Sequence record: NC_061446.1
Direction: 5' to 3' (one strand)
Length of the DNA: 64,000 nucleotides
Shown here one piece after another: positions 59,475-64,000 of this stretch. Position 1 is the stretch's first letter. Each line of letters opens with the position of its first letter. The notes under the pieces are model-generated. The model was not told the DNA's origin and did not search any database. It worked only from the letters and a program-made list of their open reading frames with translations. A program made the translations under genes and the position numbers.

Positions 59475-60461
59475 TTAAGCCGCGTCGCCCAGGCCGATAG
59501 GAAGCATCAGACGCATACCACGGTTGTCTTTACCGTTAGCGTTCATGCCCAGGTATTTGGTTTTGTTCGTTGCTTTCAGAGGGTTCAACTGAACTTCGGA
59601 ACCAGCGGAGAGAACGTCAGCAGACGTATAGCCCAGCATGTCCAGTGTAGCAAAGTACACGTAACGCTGAGTGTTGATCATCTGCGGGAACAGAACGATA
59701 GCGCGGTTACCTTCTGCGATCATAACCTGCTGTAGCGGGTTAATGATAGGAGCAGAGTCCGGCGTAGGCTGAACAGCAGACAGTGGAACCGTAGCAGAGT
59801 AGATACCCTCTTCGATTACAGTGTAACGCTGAATAGCTTCGGCTTTGATTGTGTCCGGGTCGCCACCCAGACCACCACCGCAGGAGAAGATTGCGAACAG
59901 TGGGCTGTGGTCACCAGGCTTAGTGTCGCTTGCCTGTACGCCACGCTGAACAACGAACCAGCTAAACGCAGTACCGGTGTTGTCGAAGCCTTCTGCGTTG
60001 ACATGCAGTGCAATACCGTGGTCGGTAGTGATGAAGTCATAAGTCAGCGGATAAGCAGACAGGTCAGCGGTCGTGTCCATCTTCCAGTCATTGACCAGAT
60101 CGATGAAGAAGTTCGCAGCCAGGCCAGACTTAGACATACGGCCCACGTCTACAGTAGCAGAACGTTTTGCGGCAGTGAAGTCAGTCTGATTTACCTGATT
60201 GTCAGGCAGAACGTTGATCGACAGGGTTTTACCTGTGTTATCAGCAGCGAGAATAATGCCCCACTTCTGAGTGTCATACAGAGGGTCAACCGCATCGGAC
60301 GCTTCCAGATAGAAAGACTTAGCGGTCGGTGTTACGGTGCTTCCGGTCTTGCCGTCAACAGCAATCAGCGTGAAGCCGGCCGTAATCATTTTGCTAACCA
60401 GATCGCGAGTCAGAGCTTCCAGACCCACGAGCTTAGTAGCAGTTACACGTTGAATAGCCAT
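59475..60461 (-). CDS. Virion fibre/structural protein, paralog B
   Basis: Colinear motifs with 58275..59456. Confidence 0.75.
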   Translation of the reverse strand: MAIQRVTATKLVGLEALTRDLVSKMITAGFTLIAVDGKTGSTVTPTAKSFYLEASDAVDPLYDTQKWGIILAADNTGKTLSINVLPDNQVNQTDFTAAKRSATVDVGRMSKSGLAANFFIDLVNDWKMDTTADLSAYPLTYDFITTDHGIALHVNAEGFDNTGTAFSWFVVQRGVQASDTKPGDHSPLFAIFSCGGGLGGDPDTIKAEAIQRYTVIEEGIYSATVPLSAVQPTPDSAPIINPLQQVMIAEGNRAIVLFPQMINTQRYVYFATLDMLGYTSADVLSAGSEVQLNPLKATNKTKYLGMNANGKDNRGMRLMLPIGLGDAA

Positions 60462-60468
60462 ACGGTTA

Positions 60469-61254
60469 TCACTCCATTACCAGATAGGTTACAGTGAGTT
60501 TCGGTTTCGACGGTGATGTGCCGATGTTCTTCATGCGCCACGAAATCGTAGGCGTATTGTCTTTGTTAGACAGGAAGGAGTATCGACGCAGCTTACGAAT
60601 GATTGGATTGCCTTCGCTATCTTCATCCGTAAACACACCATCATCTTCGAGAAAATTAGCAGAGGAACGGAATATATACGGGTTTCTGTCGTCTCGCAGT
60701 GAACTTTGATATGCGGTAAGTTCCACATCAAAGGCATTGAGTTTAACAGAAAGGAGCATAACCGTTTTATTCATTGCCAGATCGAAGTCAAGCTGTTGGC
60801 CAGGAGTGATATAGTTGGCGGCTTCATACTCTACAGTCTTACGCACACCAGCCTGCTCATTACCACTCATATCAACCCAGAACATCGTACCGTTAGCACC
60901 AGACATGAGGGTCATACCCGCATACTGAGGTTCAGGCACTTGCTTACTAGGGTCGAGGCCTACAACTGTCAGACCTGTTTCATCCACAGCAGTCACGAAC
61001 GGCGACTCGAACTTATATTCAGAGCCACCGAATTTCGCTTCTTCCCACGTTACGTTATCTGCACCAAGCTGATACATCGTCTTGGTCTCAGTGACATAAC
61101 ACAACATCCCAGGCTTTTTATTGCCGACAGACATTGTATCACGATCATTGAGCGTAGGCAGACAGCGCATACCTCCTCGAAGATATTTATCCTCAAGGAG
61201 GTACGGGAGTGCTGCGGATGCTGGCAACAGGAACGAAGTCATGTTAACCGGCAT
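60469..61254 (-). CDS. Virion fibre-associated protein
   Basis: LRGGMRCLPTLNDRD...KPGMLCYVTETKTMYQL is a motif typical of phage fibre N-termini. Confidence 0.65.
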   Translation of the reverse strand: MPVNMTSFLLPASAALPYLLEDKYLRGGMRCLPTLNDRDTMSVGNKKPGMLCYVTETKTMYQLGADNVTWEEAKFGGSEYKFESPFVTAVDETGLTVVGLDPSKQVPEPQYAGMTLMSGANGTMFWVDMSGNEQAGVRKTVEYEAANYITPGQQLDFDLAMNKTVMLLSVKLNAFDVELTAYQSSLRDDRNPYIFRSSANFLEDDGVFTDEDSEGNPIIRKLRRYSFLSNKDNTPTISWRMKNIGTSPSKPKLTVTYLVME

Positions 61255-61264
61255 CCTATTCTCC

Positions 61265-64000
61265 TTACGCGATACCAGAACCTGGGTTCGATGAACCGTA
61301 GGTCAGTTTAAACGTATACGCCAGATTATCGAACGGGAAGTCGTTACGATAGATAACGTAATCAACACCGTTGATAGTCACTTCGGCAGGACCAGCAAAG
61401 TTGAAGTCATCGAACTCCAACGCACCATCCCATGAACCAGCAAAGCCCTGTACTGATTCAACGAAGTAGCCGTAGCCGAGAGACTTAGGCCACGCAACGT
61501 AGAAGAACACGTTGTTCGTTGACGTACTGGTATTCGCAGGACAGTTCAGGAGCTGTTGACCTGTCGTAGTCAGTGCAGTTTGCAGACCCTGCACGAACGC
61601 GGCATCATAGCCAGCTACAGACTTGATCTTAGAGTGAGAGCCGAAGCGAGCACCCAAGTCAGAAGACTGTTGTGGTTTGAGCGTAACGTCCTTCGTGGCA
61701 GTAACTGTCTTACCGTTCTTAACGTAAGTCACGGTGATAGTTACCACAGCATCAGCAGTCACAGCGTTGGACTTCAACGAGCCGCCAGTAACGCTCAGGC
61801 CAGTTGCAGTACCAGACTTCACAGCTACCGCCCACGTTGTACCACTGTCAGCAGTCACGTCAGGCGTGGTGCCATCAGACAGCGTAGCAGTTGCAGTGTA
61901 TGCAGTAGTCACACCACCGATGATTGACGAAGGACCAGTGATAGTCACAGAGTCAGGAGTTGCAGGCGCTGGCGTGTTCGTTACAGTCAGGTTCGCAGTC
62001 TGCGATTGGCTGTTATACGAAGCAGTACCAGTGATGATAGCGCTCTGAACAGTGCTCACCGTGTTACCGATGATGGTGTTATTGCCTGGGTACGTGAACG
62101 CTGTAGTAGAACCAGAGCTACGTGTGATAACAGGCGTCAGGTCGACAGTGGTGTTATCAGAGAACGTCAGACGGAGAATGTAGGTACCAGTCTCACCTTT
62201 GTTCACAGCAGCAGGACCAATCAGCTCGCGCTTAGTGATCGTTGCAGCCTGATTGATAAGCGTAATCACTTTCTCAGGAGCGTAGGTCTTACCATCAACG
62301 GTAACAGCAGCAGCACGAAGCGTAGCAGTCTGGTTCTGGCTAATCGAGTTAGCAGGTACGGTCAGCTTCACGCGAGTTGAAGTAGAGCCGACAGACATAG
62401 TTGCATACGCAGCGCCCTGAGGCAGTGACCACGTTGGCAGAGAGGCATACTCGTTTGTTGCACCCGACAGGCGAGTAACACGAACGAAGTAGTCACCAGA
62501 CACAGTGCCCTCAGTGATAGAGTCATCACCGATGATTTCCACTTTCGACACGTCATCAGTTGGACCAACAACGGTGAACTGGACGTTACCGGTCTTCGAT
62601 ACGGTACCAACAGTCGCAGCTACGTTGAGCTGGAAGGTCAGAGTGCCGTAGAATCCGCTGAGTGCTTTCTTAGTGCGAATGCGCCAGCCAGTTGTTCCAC
62701 CAGCAACGATCTCAAAGTATTCTTGAGCCGCAGTGGAGAGCGTGTAGGACAGCTCACCGCTTGTACCCTCACGAGTAGAAGAATCAGAGAACGTCAGTAC
62801 GCTATGCAGGTCACGCGTTACACCAACAGCAGTACCGAAGTCATACACAGGCGATGGCGCTTGTGGCTGAACGGACAGCAGGCTGATAACGATGATGTTC
62901 TTAATCAGCACGGACTTCTGAGCGTTACGCCCATCGTAAGTCGCACGAATCAGAACAGTTGTGTCCTGAGTCACTTCACCAGCAGACAGCACACCAGTTT
63001 GTGCGATGCTTGCAATTGCGCTACCCTGAATCACAGACCACGTCGGTGAAGCTACCTGACGGTCAGTACCATCAGAGAGAATTTCCCACGCGGTGTATTG
63101 CGCAGTAGTGTTCTCGTTCATCGAGTCGTTGCCGCGAATCTCCAGCGAGGTCACAGTTGGCGGATTACCAACGATAGACACAGGCAGGGTGGCAGTCTTC
63201 GTGATGCCGTTCTCAGTGTACGAAGCATACAACGTTACGCTGGTGTTAGCGATAGGCACAGCACCAACAACCAACTCTGAGTTGGCAAACGTTGCGTAGT
63301 TCGAAGCCTGCTGCAAACGGAACTCGTTCGGGCTGATCGTTGCAGTGTGTCCATCAGAGTAAGTAGCCAGCACCGTATACGGAGTGGTTGTCTTCTCTTG
63401 AACAGACGACGGGCCGACAATCTTAATGCTCGACAGGTCAACGACAGGCACAACATTCACGATTGTAATATCGAGCGTTGCGGACTTAGTGATGCCGTTC
63501 TCCGTGTACGTTGCAGACAGCTTAACAGGAATGTCCGAAGACACTTTGCCTGCGTTGACAGTCTTGTTCACGATAGTAACGATATCCAGTCGGTCAGCCG
63601 TAAACGTAGTCGGGTCAACCAGCTTGGTATGGCCATCAGAGTAAGTAGCGAGGAACGTATAGTTCGCGCTTTCTTCACTGCGAATAGTGTTCGCACCCTG
63701 AATAGCGAGAGAGGTCAGCGTTACCGCAGCAGTCTCTTTCAGAATAGTAACGTTCTTGTTACCAGTGACGGTCTGATCAGCCGTGATGTACGTCGCAGTC
63801 AGAACGATGTTGCGGTCCTGAGTTGTTTCTTTCTTCGCAGTAACCACGTTGCCACTGATAGTGGTGTAAGTGGTAGGAGCAGCAACGAAAGAGTTCGGCG
63901 TAATCATTTCAGTGTCGCCATTCGACCACGTAATCTTAAACGTGTAGGCTTCACTTTGCTGAGAAGCAATGGTAGAAGAACCAAGCACTTCGAGCAGCGT
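61265..64000 (-). CDS. Ig-like repeat fibre/adhesin protein (5' end beyond the window)
   Basis: Frame is open to 64000; at least 7 repeats LxSIxIxGxxSVxE...YSDG. Confidence 0.85.
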   Translation of the reverse strand, partial: TLLEVLGSSTIASQQSEAYTFKITWSNGDTEMITPNSFVAAPTTYTTISGNVVTAKKETTQDRNIVLTATYITADQTVTGNKNVTILKETAAVTLTSLAIQGANTIRSEESANYTFLATYSDGHTKLVDPTTFTADRLDIVTIVNKTVNAGKVSSDIPVKLSATYTENGITKSATLDITIVNVVPVVDLSSIKIVGPSSVQEKTTTPYTVLATYSDGHTATISPNEFRLQQASNYATFANSELVVGAVPIANTSVTLYASYTENGITKTATLPVSIVGNPPTVTSLEIRGNDSMNENTTAQYTAWEILSDGTDRQVASPTWSVIQGSAIASIAQTGVLSAGEVTQDTTVLIRATYDGRNAQKSVLIKNIIVISLLSVQPQAPSPVYDFGTAVGVTRDLHSVLTFSDSSTREGTSGELSYTLSTAAQEYFEIVAGGTTGWRIRTKKALSGFYGTLTFQLNVAATVGTVSKTGNVQFTVVGPTDDVSKVEIIGDDSITEGTVSGDYFVRVTRLSGATNEYASLPTWSLPQGAAYATMSVGSTSTRVKLTVPANSISQNQTATLRAAAVTVDGKTYAPEKVITLINQAATITKRELIGPAAVNKGETGTYILRLTFSDNTTVDLTPVITRSSGSTTAFTYPGNNTIIGNTVSTVQSAIITGTASYNSQSQTANLTVTNTPAPATPDSVTITGPSSIIGGVTTAYTATATLSDGTTPDVTADSGTTWAVAVKSGTATGLSVTGGSLKSNAVTADAVVTITVTYVKNGKTVTATKDVTLKPQQSSDLGARFGSHSKIKSVAGYDAAFVQGLQTALTTTGQQLLNCPANTSTSTNNVFFYVAWPKSLGYGYFVESVQGFAGSWDGALEFDDFNFAGPAEVTINGVDYVIYRNDFPFDNLAYTFKLTYGSSNPGSGIA

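Overview
The window is the virion morphogenesis region of a jumbo myophage, with every credible gene on the minus strand. Gene content resembles the 'hairy' Erwinia/Dickeya jumbo phages; this is inferred from content, not from a database search. In transcription order (right to left): Ig-repeat and paralogous fibre proteins; an NAD-dependent DNA ligase; a GT2-TPR glycosyltransferase; the head module (prohead protease, HExxH metallopeptidase, acidic scaffold, decoration-like protein, major capsid protein); the tail module (terminator, sheath, two tube-like proteins, two hub chaperones, tape-measure/lysozyme protein, hub, spike); a small nucleotide/repair block (Nudix, MmcB-like, dTMP kinase); a ~1.25 kb ORF-poor, densely self-complementary segment; PAAR, gp25-like, gp6-like and Ig-rich wedge genes; four collagen-like fibre genes; and three envelope-targeted proteins. 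The top candidates for new biology are: (1) a candidate ~1.25 kb structured ncRNA (20811-22063) with its own terminator and a hairpin-locked small membrane-peptide ORF; (2) a collagen fibre ending in a catalytically complete Hint/mini-intein domain; (3) a possible phage-encoded system that glycosylates GPT-rich collagen hairs; (4) a recurring S-x-S motif and a shared ~65-aa domain that may mark head-packaged cargo; (5) a GCTAATTT putative late-promoter motif. No tRNA, CRISPR array, reverse transcriptase or transposase was recognised.
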